Shown piece by piece: positions 1-11,757 of a stretch of 64,000 bases of DNA. Position numbers and translations under genes: made by a program. The notes under the pieces are model-generated. The model was not told the origin of the DNA. It did no database searches and worked only from the letters and a program-made list of their open reading frames with translations. Each line of letters begins with the position of its first letter. Position 1 is the first letter of the stretch. Origin of the DNA: Candidatus Deferrimicrobiaceae bacterium (GTDB lineage Bacteria; Desulfobacterota; Deferrimicrobia; Deferrimicrobiales; Deferrimicrobiaceae); the NCBI GenBank assembly GCA_963792415.1, contig CAWBVY010000005.1, forward strand, positions 57,889 to 121,888, in the 5' to 3' direction.

Positions 1-481
1 ACGAGATGTCCATCGACGGGTTGAAATGGATGACCCCCGCCGTCTTCTCGAGGACGAGATCGAACTTTTCGGCCTTCACCACGATGTCGATCTTCGCCTC
101 GACCGACTTGAGCACTTCCCGGGTGAACTCGGCCTGCCGGGCCTGCATTTCCTTCTCCCCCTCCTGGGTCATCTGCCGCAGTTCGTTGATCTTCGCCTGG
201 AGGGCGTCCTCCTTCTCCTTGAGCTTCTCCTTGCCCAGCATCACCTTCTGCTTGTCGATCTCGTCCTTGATCTTGCGTGCCTCTTCCTGCTTCGCGTCGA
301 TCGCTTTTTTCAACTCCTCGTACCGGGCCTCCATCTTCTTCTTCGCCGCCTGTCCCGCCGCGGAGTCGTTGAGGACCTTGTTCATGTCGATGACGGCCAC
401 CCGCAACCCTTCGGCGAGAGAGGCCCCCGCGAAGACCGCCGTGACCAATGCCGCTACCAGGAGGATTCCCGCTTTCCGCAT
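1..481 (-). CDS. skp: OmpH/Skp periplasmic chaperone (3' end beyond window edge)
   Basis: Manual translation MRKAGILLVAALVTAVFAGASLAEGLRVAVIDMNKVLNDSAAGQAAKKKME...: signal peptide plus Lys/Glu-rich coiled coil. SD AAGGAG upstream; directly downstream of bamA. Not in the ORF track. Confidence 0.88.
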   Translation of the reverse strand, partial: MRKAGILLVAALVTAVFAGASLAEGLRVAVIDMNKVLNDSAAGQAAKKKMEARYEELKKAIDAKQEEARKIKDEIDKQKVMLGKEKLKEKEDALQAKINELRQMTQEGEKEMQARQAEFTREVLKSVEAKIDIVVKAEKFDLVLEKTAGVIHFNPSMDIS

Positions 482-513
482 CTCTAGTCTCCTTTTCCCA
501 TTCCGTAGTTCGA

Positions 514-2793
514 TCAGAACGCCGTCCCGATCGTGAATTCCATCACGCGCCTCGGCTGCCCTTCCGGGCGGTCGAGATTCCATCCCACCTCGAATCGCAG
601 CGGCCCCATCGGGGAGTACCAGCGTACGCCCACCCCGTAGGCCGCCCAGACTCCCTGGTCGTTGAAGGGCCATTCTCCCTGCGCCCAGGCGTTCCCGACG
701 TCGAAAAAGAACACCCCCTTGAAAGAGATCTCGCTGATGAGTGGAAACAGGTACTCGAAGTTCGCGATCAGTTCCTTGTTCCCCCCGATCAATTCCCCGG
801 TGACGGGGTCCGCCGGCGAGAGGGACCGGGACTCGAACCCCCGGATGCTGTAAGGCCCCCCCAGGAAAAACCGCTCGAACAGCGGGACCTCCTCGCCCCC
901 CATGGTCGGAACCACGTGTCCCCATAAGATGTTCCACGAAAAAGTGGTGGTGGCGGTCAGCGGGTAGAACCGCTTCGCGTTCAGGAAATATTTGACGAAC
1001 TGGCTGTCGCCCCCCAACGGGCCGCCCGCGTACTCCAGAGTAGCCGATTGGTAGCCTCCCCGCGAGGGGTCGATGGACCGGTCCGTGGTGTTCCGGGTCA
1101 CGATGAAGCCGATGCTGTGGGTTTTCTGGAGGCCCTTGTCGATCTCCTGCTGCACGTTGTATGAGGGAACGGTGCCGGACAGCGGAAGGATCTTGGTTTC
1201 ATCCATCCGGAGGAAGACGGACCCGTTGATGAACCTCGAAAAGTTGTATCCGAAGCCCACCCTTCCGCCTCGCGCCTCCTTCTCGAAATCGGTGTACTTC
1301 ACCTTCGTATTGTAGGCGCCGACCAGCAGGCTGAAGTCGGTGTCCAGGAAATTCGGATCGCGGAAGTCGAGGCTGAACGTGGTCCGACGCGCCCCGAACT
1401 GGGAGTTGAGGGACGCCTTCCAGCCCCTGCCGAAGAGGTTGTTCTCGGTCACATTGACCACGCCGAAGATCTTGTCGATCGAACTGTACCCGAGCCCCCC
1501 CGACAGGGTCCCGGTCGGCCCTTCCTGCACCTCTACCTTGACGTCCATCTCTTCGGGTACGGACGAAGGGGCGGTGCTGATCTTCACGTCCTTGAAGTAC
1601 GACGAGCGGGTCAGGTTCTCCTTGCTCGTTTTCAGTCCCGTGGCCGTGTAGGTCCGCCCATCGGCGACGTCGAGATTGCGGCGGACGACGCGGTCCAGCG
1701 TCTTCGTGTTTCCGGAGATCTCCACTTTTCCGAAGTGGAACTTCTTGCCCCGCTCGAACCGGTACGTCACATCGGCGACCGGGTACTCCTTGCTTTTTTC
1801 CACCCCCGGGGAAACGAGGGCCTGCGCGTACCCTTCGTCGTTCACGAGGGTGGTGAGGGCGAGCAGGTCGGACAGGAGCATCTCCCGGTTGAAGATTTCG
1901 CCCTGGGTGAGCATCACCGTCCTTCGAAGCACGTTCTCCGTGATGCCGGATTCCCCGGAGAAGCGGATCTCCCCGACACGGTACTGCCGCCCCTCGAAGA
2001 TCCGGATCGTGAGGACCAGCCCTTGTTTCCCCCGATCGACGACCGGCTCGGAGACCTTGGAGTCCATGAACCCGCTGTTCTGGTAGAGCGCCTCGATCTT
2101 CCGCACGTCGTTTTCGAGGACATCCTTCTTGAAGGCACCGGAGTCGGTGATGAAGGATAACCATCCCTTCTCCGAGGTGTCCATCACCTTGAGGATCGCC
2201 TTCGCGGTGTGGTACTGGTTCCCTGTGATGAGGATCCGTTCGATCTTCAGCTTCGGACCCTCGGCAACCCGGAAGGTCACCCGGCGGGCGCCATCGGTAT
2301 CCTCCGAGACGAACGACTCAACAGTAGCGTCGATAAACCCTTTGTTTTGGCATACTTCCTTTAATTTTCTCGTAGATTCCTTTATCTTATCCTCCTGATA
2401 AAGAGACCGCTCCTTGACGGTCAGGGCGGCGCGCAGGTCGGCGGTATCCACGTCCTTGTTCCCCTCGATCAGGACAGCGCCGACGATCGGCTTCTCGGCG
2501 ACGATCACGGTGAGGCGATACCCGCCCGGGACCTCCTCCGTGTCGAAAGTGACGTCGCGGAAATACCCCATCCTGTAGATCGCCTTGACGTCCTGCCGAA
2601 CCTTCTCCAGGTCCAGTTCCTCTCCGACCTGGGTACTCATCACCTTCCGGATCGCGTCCGGGGCAACGCGGGTGGCCCCCCGCACCTCGATCGCCTGCAC
2701 GCGGAACTCGGCGGATTCCACGCTCCCGGCGCCGATCAGGAGGAGGGCCGCGCACAGGAACACCCTGTGGAGGACCGGGATATTCCCCCTCAC
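514..2793 (-). CDS. bamA: Outer membrane protein assembly factor BamA
   Basis: POTRA repeats, IRGF motif, C-terminal Phe. GTG start overlaps the lolD stop (GTGA). Confidence 0.95.
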   Translation of the reverse strand: MRGNIPVLHRVFLCAALLLIGAGSVESAEFRVQAIEVRGATRVAPDAIRKVMSTQVGEELDLEKVRQDVKAIYRMGYFRDVTFDTEEVPGGYRLTVIVAEKPIVGAVLIEGNKDVDTADLRAALTVKERSLYQEDKIKESTRKLKEVCQNKGFIDATVESFVSEDTDGARRVTFRVAEGPKLKIERILITGNQYHTAKAILKVMDTSEKGWLSFITDSGAFKKDVLENDVRKIEALYQNSGFMDSKVSEPVVDRGKQGLVLTIRIFEGRQYRVGEIRFSGESGITENVLRRTVMLTQGEIFNREMLLSDLLALTTLVNDEGYAQALVSPGVEKSKEYPVADVTYRFERGKKFHFGKVEISGNTKTLDRVVRRNLDVADGRTYTATGLKTSKENLTRSSYFKDVKISTAPSSVPEEMDVKVEVQEGPTGTLSGGLGYSSIDKIFGVVNVTENNLFGRGWKASLNSQFGARRTTFSLDFRDPNFLDTDFSLLVGAYNTKVKYTDFEKEARGGRVGFGYNFSRFINGSVFLRMDETKILPLSGTVPSYNVQQEIDKGLQKTHSIGFIVTRNTTDRSIDPSRGGYQSATLEYAGGPLGGDSQFVKYFLNAKRFYPLTATTTFSWNILWGHVVPTMGGEEVPLFERFFLGGPYSIRGFESRSLSPADPVTGELIGGNKELIANFEYLFPLISEISFKGVFFFDVGNAWAQGEWPFNDQGVWAAYGVGVRWYSPMGPLRFEVGWNLDRPEGQPRRVMEFTIGTAF

Positions 2794-3470
2794 GGGGCGA
2801 TCCTCCCGTCGTCGATCCGGATCACGCGGTGAAGACGGGACGCGACCTGGTCGTTGTGCGTCACCATGAGCAGGGACAGGCCCCTCGACCGGTTGAGCGA
2901 CAGCAGAAGGTCGACCACGCCGGAGGCCGTCGCACGATCGAGGTTTCCGGTCGGCTCGTCGGCCAGCAGGACCGATGGCTCCATCACGAGGGCCCGGCAG
3001 ATCGCCGTGCGTTGCTGCTCGCCGCCGGAGATCTCCCCGGTGCGGTGCGCGAGACGTTCCGAAAGCCCTACCTCCTCGAGAAGCGCGACGGCCCGCCGGC
3101 GCGCTTCCGCGGGATCCATCCGCGCGATCAGGCACGGAAGCGTCACGTTCTCGAGGACGCTGAATTCCGGCAGGAGATTGTGGGACTGGAAGACGAACCC
3201 TACGGACCGGTTCCGGAAGGCGGCCATCTCGTCCGCGGGGAGATGCGTCACGTCCCTTCCACCGTACAGGACGTTTCCGGAGGTCGCACGGTCGAGTGTC
3301 CCGAGGATCTGGAGCAGCGTCGTCTTGCCGGCGCCGGAGATGCCGACCACCCCCGCCGTCTCGCCCCGCGCGAGGGAGAGGGAAACCCCCTTGAGCACCT
3401 CGATGTCGTACCCGTCGCGGCGGAACACCTTCCAGACCTCCTGGGCCTGCAGGGCGGGCGCTTCACTCAT
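2790..3470 (-). CDS. lolD: Lipoprotein-releasing ABC transporter ATP-binding protein
   Basis: Walker A GISGAGKT, ISGGEQQR signature, LADEPTGNLD. Confidence 0.92.
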   Translation of the reverse strand: MSEAPALQAQEVWKVFRRDGYDIEVLKGVSLSLARGETAGVVGISGAGKTTLLQILGTLDRATSGNVLYGGRDVTHLPADEMAAFRNRSVGFVFQSHNLLPEFSVLENVTLPCLIARMDPAEARRRAVALLEEVGLSERLAHRTGEISGGEQQRTAICRALVMEPSVLLADEPTGNLDRATASGVVDLLLSLNRSRGLSLLMVTHNDQVASRLHRVIRIDDGRIAP

Positions 3471-4698
3471 ACCGGATCGCCTCCGCGGGGTCCACGCGGG
3501 ATGCCTGGAATGCGGGATAAAGGGTCGCGAGGAAGCAGATCAGGATGGAGCTCGCCACCACGAGGAGGACGGTCCCCGGTTCGAGAGCGACGGGAAGGGT
3601 CGAGATGTAGTAGACGTCGCTCGGCAGGTGGATGAAGCGGTACCGCTGGAGCAGGATGCACAGCAGCGCGCCGAGCGCGGTCCCCAGGGACGTTCCGGCG
3701 ACCCCGATGATCAGCCCCTCGATGGCGAAGATCCTGCGGATCGAGCGTCGCGTCGCCCCCAGCGTCATCAGGACGGCGATGTCCTTCGTCTTCTCCATCA
3801 CGACCATGATGAGGGTCGAGATGATGTTGAAGGCCGCGACCATCACGATGAGGACGAGAATGACGAACATCACCACCTTTTCCAGCTTCAGGGCGGAGAA
3901 GAGGTTCCGGTTGCTCTGCATCCAGTCCTTCGCCCAGAACGGATACCCGAGGGTCGACCGGATCCGCTGGGCGACCGCGCCGGCGGCGTAGATGTCCCTC
4001 ACCTTGACCTCCACCCCCGTGGCGCGTCCCTCCATCCCCAGCAGGCGTCCTGCCTCCTCGAAGTCGACGTAGGCGAAGGTGGCGTCGTACTCGTACATCC
4101 CCGACTCGGAGACGCCGACGACGCGGAACCGGGCCGTCTTCGGAAACGCCCCGAGAGGGGTGATCGTTCCGCCGGGGACCAGGATTTCGATCACGTCCCC
4201 CGGACCGACGCCGAGGTTCCCGGCGAGCTCCTTCCCCAAAATGGAGCCGGGCAGCCCGTCCTTCGAGGACCGGTGGAGATCCTCGAGCCGGCCCCCCCGG
4301 AGGTCCCGCCGCAGGCGGGTGACGTCTCCGACCGTCGCCGTGTCGACGCCCCGCAGCACGCCGCCGACGGCCCCGCTCCCCGAGGCGATCATCATCGGGG
4401 TGAAGATGTACGGGGAGGCCGCGACCACGCCGTCGACCTTCCGAATCTTCTCCGTCACGGCAAACGGGTTCTCGATGCTTCCGTTCAGGCTGGTGACGTG
4501 GGCGTGCGCGGTGGCCCCGAGGATCCGCTCCTTCAGCTCCCGCTCGAACCCGCTCATCACCGCGAGGACGATGATCAGCGCCATCACTCCGACCGTAACC
4601 CCGCCGATCGAGATGAAGGTGATGATCGAGATGAACGTCTGCTTCCGCTTCGCCAGAAGGTACTTCCGGGCGATGTAGAACTCGACGGGAAGGCGCAA
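3463..4698 (-). CDS. lolE: Lipoprotein-releasing ABC transporter permease LolC/E
   Basis: FISIITFISIGG...VMSGF, VAAFNIISTL and DPAEAIRYE motifs. Confidence 0.9.
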   Translation of the reverse strand: MRLPVEFYIARKYLLAKRKQTFISIITFISIGGVTVGVMALIIVLAVMSGFERELKERILGATAHAHVTSLNGSIENPFAVTEKIRKVDGVVAASPYIFTPMMIASGSGAVGGVLRGVDTATVGDVTRLRRDLRGGRLEDLHRSSKDGLPGSILGKELAGNLGVGPGDVIEILVPGGTITPLGAFPKTARFRVVGVSESGMYEYDATFAYVDFEEAGRLLGMEGRATGVEVKVRDIYAAGAVAQRIRSTLGYPFWAKDWMQSNRNLFSALKLEKVVMFVILVLIVMVAAFNIISTLIMVVMEKTKDIAVLMTLGATRRSIRRIFAIEGLIIGVAGTSLGTALGALLCILLQRYRFIHLPSDVYYISTLPVALEPGTVLLVVASSILICFLATLYPAFQASRVDPAEAIRYE

Positions 4699-4704
4699 CA
4701 GCCC

Positions 4705-6192
4705 CTACCCTTCTTTCCGAAGCTGGGGGAACAGGATCACGTCGCGGATCGACGGGGAATCCGTGAGGAGCATCACGAGACGGTCGATCCCGATCCCTTC
4801 CCCGGCCGCGGGCGGCATCCCGTGCTCGAGCGCCCGCAGGTAATCCTCGTCCATGAAATGGGCCTCCTCGTCCCCCCGTTCGCGCTTGCGGAGCTGCTCG
4901 TCGAACCGCTCACGCTGGTCCACCGGGTCGTTCAGCTCCGAGAACGCGTTGGCGATCTCGCGGCCGCGGACGATCAGCTCGAACCGGTCGACGATCTCCG
5001 GTCGCGCGTCGTTGCGCCGCGAGAGCGGGGAGACGTCGATCGGGTATTCCGTCACGAAGGTCGGCCCGACGATCCTCTTCTCGGCCACCTCCTCGTAGAT
5101 CGCGACCAGCAGACTCCCGGGGGACGCCGTCTCCGCGTCCTTGACCCCGAGCTTCGCCGCCGTCTCCCGCAGGAACGCCTCGTCGGACAGGCGCTCTTCG
5201 GGAAAGCCGCCGTGGCGGGCCGCGGCCTGCGCCACCGTCAGGCGCTCCCAGGGCGGGGTGAAGTCGACCGTTTCCCCCTGGTAGGTGAACTTCGGCGTTC
5301 CGAACAGCTCCGTCGCCAGGGAGGAGAGCATCTCCTCCGTCAGCGCCATCATCTCGGTGTAGGTGGCGTACGCCTGGTAGAACTCGATCATCGTGAACTC
5401 GGGGTTGTGCTGGGTGTCGATCCCCTCGTTCCGGAAGTTCCGGTTGATCTCGAAGACGCGCTCGAACCCGCCGACCAGTAGGCGCTTCAGGTAGAGCTCC
5501 GGGGCGATCCGCAGATACAGGTCCATGTCGAGGGCGTTGTGGTGGGTCACGAACGGGCGCGCCGTCGCTCCCCCCGCCACCGTCTGCATCATCGGCGTCT
5601 CGACCTCGAGGAAGTCCCGCGTCGTCAGGAAGGCGCGAATGAAGGACACGATCCGCGCCCGCCGCCGGAAGATCTCCCGGACGTCCTCGTTGACGATCAG
5701 GTCCACGTATCGCTGCCGGTAGCGGGTCTCGATGTCGGAAAGCCCGTGCCACTTCTCCGGAAGGGGGCGGATCGCCTTCGCCAGGAGGCGGAACCTCGCC
5801 GCCTCGACGGTCAACTCGCCCGTGCGGGTGAGGAACAGGGGCCCGTCGACCCAGACGATGTCGCCAACGTCAACGGATTTCAGGAAGAGGTCGTACGCCT
5901 CCTCCCCGAGGTGATCCTTTTTCAGGTACGCCTGCAGCCGGCCCGACCGGTCGGACAGGACGAGAAACGCCGCCTTCCCGAAGCGCCGAAGACCCATCAC
6001 CCGCCCGGCGACGTCGACCCGGATCGGCCGCGCGGCCAATTCCTCCGGGGTCCGCCCCCCGGCGGCGTCGCGGGCGCCCGCGTTGGTCCACCCCGGGGCC
6101 TGGTCGTTCGGCCACGGATTCCGCCCGCCCGCTCTCAGCGCCCCGACCTTGAGAAAGCGCTCCTTCATCAGGTCGTTCCACGTCTCGTTCAC
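4705..6192 (-). CDS. lysS: Lysine--tRNA ligase (class II)
   Basis: RYRQRYVDL, YLRIAPELYLKRL, RNFRNEGI, GIGIDRL. GTG start overlaps the prfB stop. Confidence 0.97.
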   Translation of the reverse strand: MNETWNDLMKERFLKVGALRAGGRNPWPNDQAPGWTNAGARDAAGGRTPEELAARPIRVDVAGRVMGLRRFGKAAFLVLSDRSGRLQAYLKKDHLGEEAYDLFLKSVDVGDIVWVDGPLFLTRTGELTVEAARFRLLAKAIRPLPEKWHGLSDIETRYRQRYVDLIVNEDVREIFRRRARIVSFIRAFLTTRDFLEVETPMMQTVAGGATARPFVTHHNALDMDLYLRIAPELYLKRLLVGGFERVFEINRNFRNEGIDTQHNPEFTMIEFYQAYATYTEMMALTEEMLSSLATELFGTPKFTYQGETVDFTPPWERLTVAQAAARHGGFPEERLSDEAFLRETAAKLGVKDAETASPGSLLVAIYEEVAEKRIVGPTFVTEYPIDVSPLSRRNDARPEIVDRFELIVRGREIANAFSELNDPVDQRERFDEQLRKRERGDEEAHFMDEDYLRALEHGMPPAAGEGIGIDRLVMLLTDSPSIRDVILFPQLRKEG

Positions 6193-7314
6193 GCCGCGTC
6201 CCCCGTCTCCCCTTCCGCACCGCCGCCGAGAAGGTACTTCCGTATGAACCCCAGGATCTCCCCGTCGAGGACGGCGTCGACGTTCCCCGTCTCGTGGCCC
6301 GTGCGGTGGTCTTTCACCATCCGGTACGGCGCGAGGACATAGGACCGGATCTGGGAGCCCCAGGCGATCTCTTTTTTCGCCTTGTGCGCCTCGCTCACCT
6401 TCTCCGCCCGCTGCTGCATCTCGAGCTCGTAGAGCTTCGAACGGAGGATCTTCATCGCCAGCGCCCGGTTCTTCCCCTGCGACCTCTCCTGCTGGCAGAG
6501 CACCACGACGCCTGTGGGGATGTGGGTGAACCGGACCGCGGACTCGACCTTGTTCACGTGCTGCCCCCCGGCGCCGCCCGAGCGCAGCGTGTCGATTTTC
6601 AGGTCCGACTCGTTGATCCTGATATCGACGTTGTCGTCGATCTCGGGCGAAACGAACACGGAGGCGAACGACGTGTGGCGCCGCTTGTTCGCGTCGAACG
6701 GCGAGATCCGGACGAGCCGGTGGACGCCGGTTTCCGCCTTGAGATATCCGTACGGATGGTCGCCCGACAGGAGGAAGGTGGCGCTCTTGATCCCCGCCTC
6801 GTCGCCCTCCTGCCGCTCGACGAGCTCCATGGCGTATCCGTTCCGGTCGGCGAACCGGGAGTACATCCGCAGGAGCATCTCGGCCCAATCCTGGGACTCG
6901 GTCCCTCCGGCCCCGGCGTGGATCGTGACGATGGCGTTCAGCGCGTCGTTCTCCCCGGAGAGCATCCGCTCGAGCTCGATCGCGTCCAGCGCCTCGCCGA
7001 CGGCGACGATCTGCTGCTCGATCTCGGAGGTCAACCCCTCGCCGCCCGCCTCGCCTGCGAGGGCGAGATACGCCCGCAGGTCGTCCAGGGACGATTCAAG
7101 GGACGACCAGCGTCCGAGGAACGTCCCGATCGCCTTCCGCTCCCGAAGGACGGGCTCGGTCGCCTCAGGGGCGTCCCAGAAACCGTCGCGCGCGACCTCG
7201 GCCGTAAGCTCCTTGAGACGGGCCTGCTTTGCGTCTACCTCAAAGATAACCCCGGAGCGCCTGGAACCGCGCTTCAAGGGTCGACGATTTCTCTTCCATC
7301 GATCCGGATGCCAT
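6189..7314 (-). CDS. prfB: Peptide chain release factor 2 (programmed +1 frameshift)
   Basis: SPF and GGQ motifs. The upstream 24-codon ORF MASGSMEEKSSTLEARFQALRGYL ends at CTT TGA (7245-7240) and continues in the +1 frame as EVDAKQ. Confidence 0.96.
7240..7254 (-). promoter_or_regulatory. RF2 +1 frameshift site (CGG GGT TAT CTT TGA, then G)
   Basis: Internal SD-like G-run, TAT spacer, slippery CTT-T and in-frame UGA, as in known prfB sites. Confidence 0.92.
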
Positions 7315-8845
7315 GGGAACCTCGCAAGGGAAAAATAACCGCTAAGAGAGCGAGTATACTACAGGAAATCCCAAAGATTTCCCCGGTTTTTGCGTAGACG
7401 GTTTCCCCGGTCGCCGGCCGGACCGCGGCGACCAGAACCCCACGGCGGAAGAGGCCGAGGGAGGCTGCGATCCCCCCGTCCGCTTCGATGACCGCGCTGA
7501 TCCCCGAGTTGGCGGCGCGCACCATGGGGCGCCGGAACTCCACGCACCGCATCCGGGCCATGGCGAGGTGCTGGTGAGGAGCGACCGTGTCGCCGAACCA
7601 GGCGTCGTTCGTAACGTTCACGAACCACGTGGCGCCTTCGATGACCCCTTCCCGGAGCAACGCCGGAAACAGCGCCTCGTAGCACACGGAGGCGGCCACC
7701 GGCCTGCCCTGGACCCGGAACAGCGCAGGAGAGGTCCCGCTCGAGAAGTCCCCTTCCCCCGCCGTCAGCTTGCTCAGGAAGAAGAGGATCGACCGGAACG
7801 GAATGTACTCGCCGAACGGGACCAGGTGCCGCTTGTCGTACCGCCCGAGAACGACGCCGCGCGCGTCCATGTGGAAGACGCTGTTATAGAATTTCCCGCC
7901 CCCCGCGGGATCGTACCAGGGTGCCCCGAAGAGGATCGGGATCCCCCCGCTCACCGCGATGGCCTCGACCCGCCGGGAGAGCCCCGCTTCCCACCCGTAG
8001 AAGAACGGGGCCGCGGTCTCCGGCCAGACGACCACCTGCGCGCCCGCGTCCCTCGCCGTCCGCGTCAACTCCCCGTAGATCCCGAGCGTGGACAGCTGGT
8101 TTTCCGGGTCCCACTTCAGGGACTGGTCGATCCCGCCCTGGGCGATTGCCACCTTCACTTCGGGAACCCGGGCCGCGGTGCCCTCCGGGGTCAGCGAACC
8201 GGACCGACCGTACAGAACCAGGAACAGGACCACGGCGATCCCGGGAATCAGAGGGATCGCCGCCTTCGCGGGGAACCGATCGCACAGACGCCTCCCCGCG
8301 AGATAGACCGAGACGCTTGACAGGGCGAGAAGGAACGAGAGCCCGTGAACTCCCGCCAGGTCCGCCGCCTGGCGCAGCGCCGCGCTCCCGGCGAGGGTGT
8401 ACCCGAGGAGCATCCAGGGGAATCCGGAGAAAAGGTGGCTTCGGGCCATCTCGACGGCGGTCCAGACGAAGGGAAACAGCCAGAGGCCGCGCTCGCCGAA
8501 CCGGCTCTCCAGGTGGCGCGCGGCGGCGGCGGCGACCGAAAAATACGCGCCGACATAGGCGGAAACGAGGAGTGCCGCCAGGGCTCCGAGCGCCCAGCCG
8601 AGCTTCCCCTGCACCGCGACGGTATAGGCGATCCAGTAATAGAGGGGGACGCTGCCGGCCGTTCCCGCGATCCATCCGCGAAAGGCGGCCTGCCGGGCCG
8701 AGCCTGTCGACACCGCGAGCATGAGGAACGGGGCGAGACAGACGAACGGCAGTCCGGGAACATCGTACCCCGGGGTCCCGAGGGCGTAGGATAGGACGAA
8801 CAGCGTGCCGGTCAGGAGGAGCGCCGCCGGTCCGGGGCGGCTCAA
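7274..8845 (-). CDS. lnt: Apolipoprotein N-acyltransferase
   Basis: GFPW, VVWPETA, YDKRHLVPFGEY, VCYE, NVTNDAWF, RAANSGIS. TTG start overlaps the ybeY stop. Confidence 0.95.
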   Translation of the reverse strand: MSRPGPAALLLTGTLFVLSYALGTPGYDVPGLPFVCLAPFLMLAVSTGSARQAAFRGWIAGTAGSVPLYYWIAYTVAVQGKLGWALGALAALLVSAYVGAYFSVAAAAARHLESRFGERGLWLFPFVWTAVEMARSHLFSGFPWMLLGYTLAGSAALRQAADLAGVHGLSFLLALSSVSVYLAGRRLCDRFPAKAAIPLIPGIAVVLFLVLYGRSGSLTPEGTAARVPEVKVAIAQGGIDQSLKWDPENQLSTLGIYGELTRTARDAGAQVVVWPETAAPFFYGWEAGLSRRVEAIAVSGGIPILFGAPWYDPAGGGKFYNSVFHMDARGVVLGRYDKRHLVPFGEYIPFRSILFFLSKLTAGEGDFSSGTSPALFRVQGRPVAASVCYEALFPALLREGVIEGATWFVNVTNDAWFGDTVAPHQHLAMARMRCVEFRRPMVRAANSGISAVIEADGGIAASLGLFRRGVLVAAVRPATGETVYAKTGEIFGISCSILALLAVIFPLRGSHGIRIDGREIVDP

Positions 8846-9306
8846 CGGACCCGCCCCCGCCCTTCCCCGTCGAGGACACGCCGGTACAGAGCCAGCTCCT
8901 TCCGGCGCATCCGCCGCGCCGCCGCGCCGCCCTTCTCGTGGTCGTACCCCGCGAGGTGGAGGATCCCGTGAAGGACGAAAAAGAAAACGCGCGCCTCCGG
9001 AGTCTCCTTCCATCCCCCGGTCTCCGAAAGGCAGGTGGGCGCGGAAACGACGATGTCCCCCGCCACCCTGGCGCCGCGCGCCGGGCCGCCGTCCGTCTCC
9101 GGGAAGGAGAGGACGTTCGTGGGGCGGTCCCTGCCGAGATATTCCCGGTTCCAGCGCGCGATCGCGGCGTCCCCGACCACCCGGACCCGCACGTCGGCCC
9201 CGTTCGCCGAAAGGAGGGCGAGCGCCGCCCGTGCGTACGCCTTCAGCCGGCGCCCCGCGAACGGCGCCGGCCGAAGGTCCTGGCGCACGCTCACGCGGTA
9301 CGTCAA
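8842..9306 (-). CDS. ybeY: rRNA maturation endoribonuclease YbeY
   Basis: PTNVLSF, GDIVVS and the HGILHLAGYDH zinc motif. Confidence 0.93.
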   Translation of the reverse strand: MTYRVSVRQDLRPAPFAGRRLKAYARAALALLSANGADVRVRVVGDAAIARWNREYLGRDRPTNVLSFPETDGGPARGARVAGDIVVSAPTCLSETGGWKETPEARVFFFVLHGILHLAGYDHEKGGAAARRMRRKELALYRRVLDGEGRGRVR

Positions 9307-10764
9307 CGGACCGATCCCGTGGGATAGTCGACGCGGGCGTGGGCGATGGCGGCGAGGACCTGGCTGATGGCGCGACCGACGGCGTGCAGGTCCCGCAGCG
9401 TAAGCTCGCACTCGTTCAGCTGACCGTCGAGGTAGACCCGGTTGACGATCCGGGTGACGGTCTCGTCCACCTCCTGCGGCGTGGGGCGGTCAAGGCTCCT
9501 CACCGTCGCCTCGGTCGCGTCGGCCAGCATGATGATCGCCGCCTCGCGGGTCTTCGGCTTCGGCCCCGGGTACCGGAACATCTCCTCCGACGCCTTCCGG
9601 TCCTCGATCATCGGCCGCGCCTTGTCGAGGAAGTAGTAGAGCAGGCTCGTCCCGTGGTGCTGCTCGATGATCTCCGTGATCCGCTCCCCCAGCCGGAACT
9701 CCCCCGCCATGCGGACCCCTTCCTTCACGTGTGACAGGATCACCGCGCGGGAGAGCCCGGGAGACATCGCGTCGTGAACGTTCTCCGCGCCGGCCTGGTT
9801 CTCGGAAAAATATTGGGCCTTCCCGAGCTTTCCTATGTCGTGATAGAGCGCGGCGACGCGGCAAAGCACCGGGTTGGCGCCGATCGCGTGCGCGCCGGCC
9901 TCCCCCAGCGTCCCGACCACCACGCTGTGGTGAAATGTCCCGGGCGCCTCCATCATCAGGCGGGAGAGGAGCGGGTGACCGATGCCGGAAAGTTCCATCA
10001 GGCGGATGTCGCTCGCGTATCCGAACGTCGACTCCGCCACCGGCATGACCGCGAGGGCGAGCGGGCCGGACAGAAGGCCGTTGACGGCGCCGAAGACCCC
10101 CGCCCACAACACTTCCCCGCCGCCGTGGAACGAGAACTCCAGGGCCGCGGCCGCGAGGGCGCACACGGGCGCGGCATGGACGCCGGCCATCAGCATGCTG
10201 TACCTGTCCGGAACCCTGCGGGCGCGCGCGGCGCCGGCGGTGCCGGAAAGGAGGAGGAACAGCAGCGCGGGCCAGCTCCCCGCGGCGGCGGCGGCAGAGA
10301 GTACCGACGCGGCGACCGTGAAGAGGATCGACGTCTCGGAGTTGATGAGGACCCGGACCACCATCGCGAAGGCGGGGAGCGGTATCAGATAGGCATACAC
10401 CCGGGTCGGGACGCCCCGCCCGAGCGACGGGATCTCGGCGATCAGGTCGATCACCGCCTTCGCCGCGAAGAACAGCAGGAGAGCGAGGGAACAGAGGAAG
10501 AGGAAGTCGCGCGCCGCCAGCCGGACTTTCCGCACCTCGCGGCCGGCGAACCCGAACCATTCCGAGAGAAAAAGGGCGACGGCCAGCGTGAGCGCGACCG
10601 CGCCGACGAAGGGGAAGGTTCCCCCCCATGGCCCCGCCCCCCCGGGGAAGAGCTCCCGCCCCCATAGGTAGAAGAGGACCGCGAAAACGGCGCCCGACAC
10701 GAGGCTCAGCGCGATGAGCCGCCAGTAGCGGCCCCGCGGCGACGCCCCGTTTTCCGGCGGGCGC

Positions 10765-11756
<992 letters not shown>

Positions 11757-11757
<1 letters not shown>

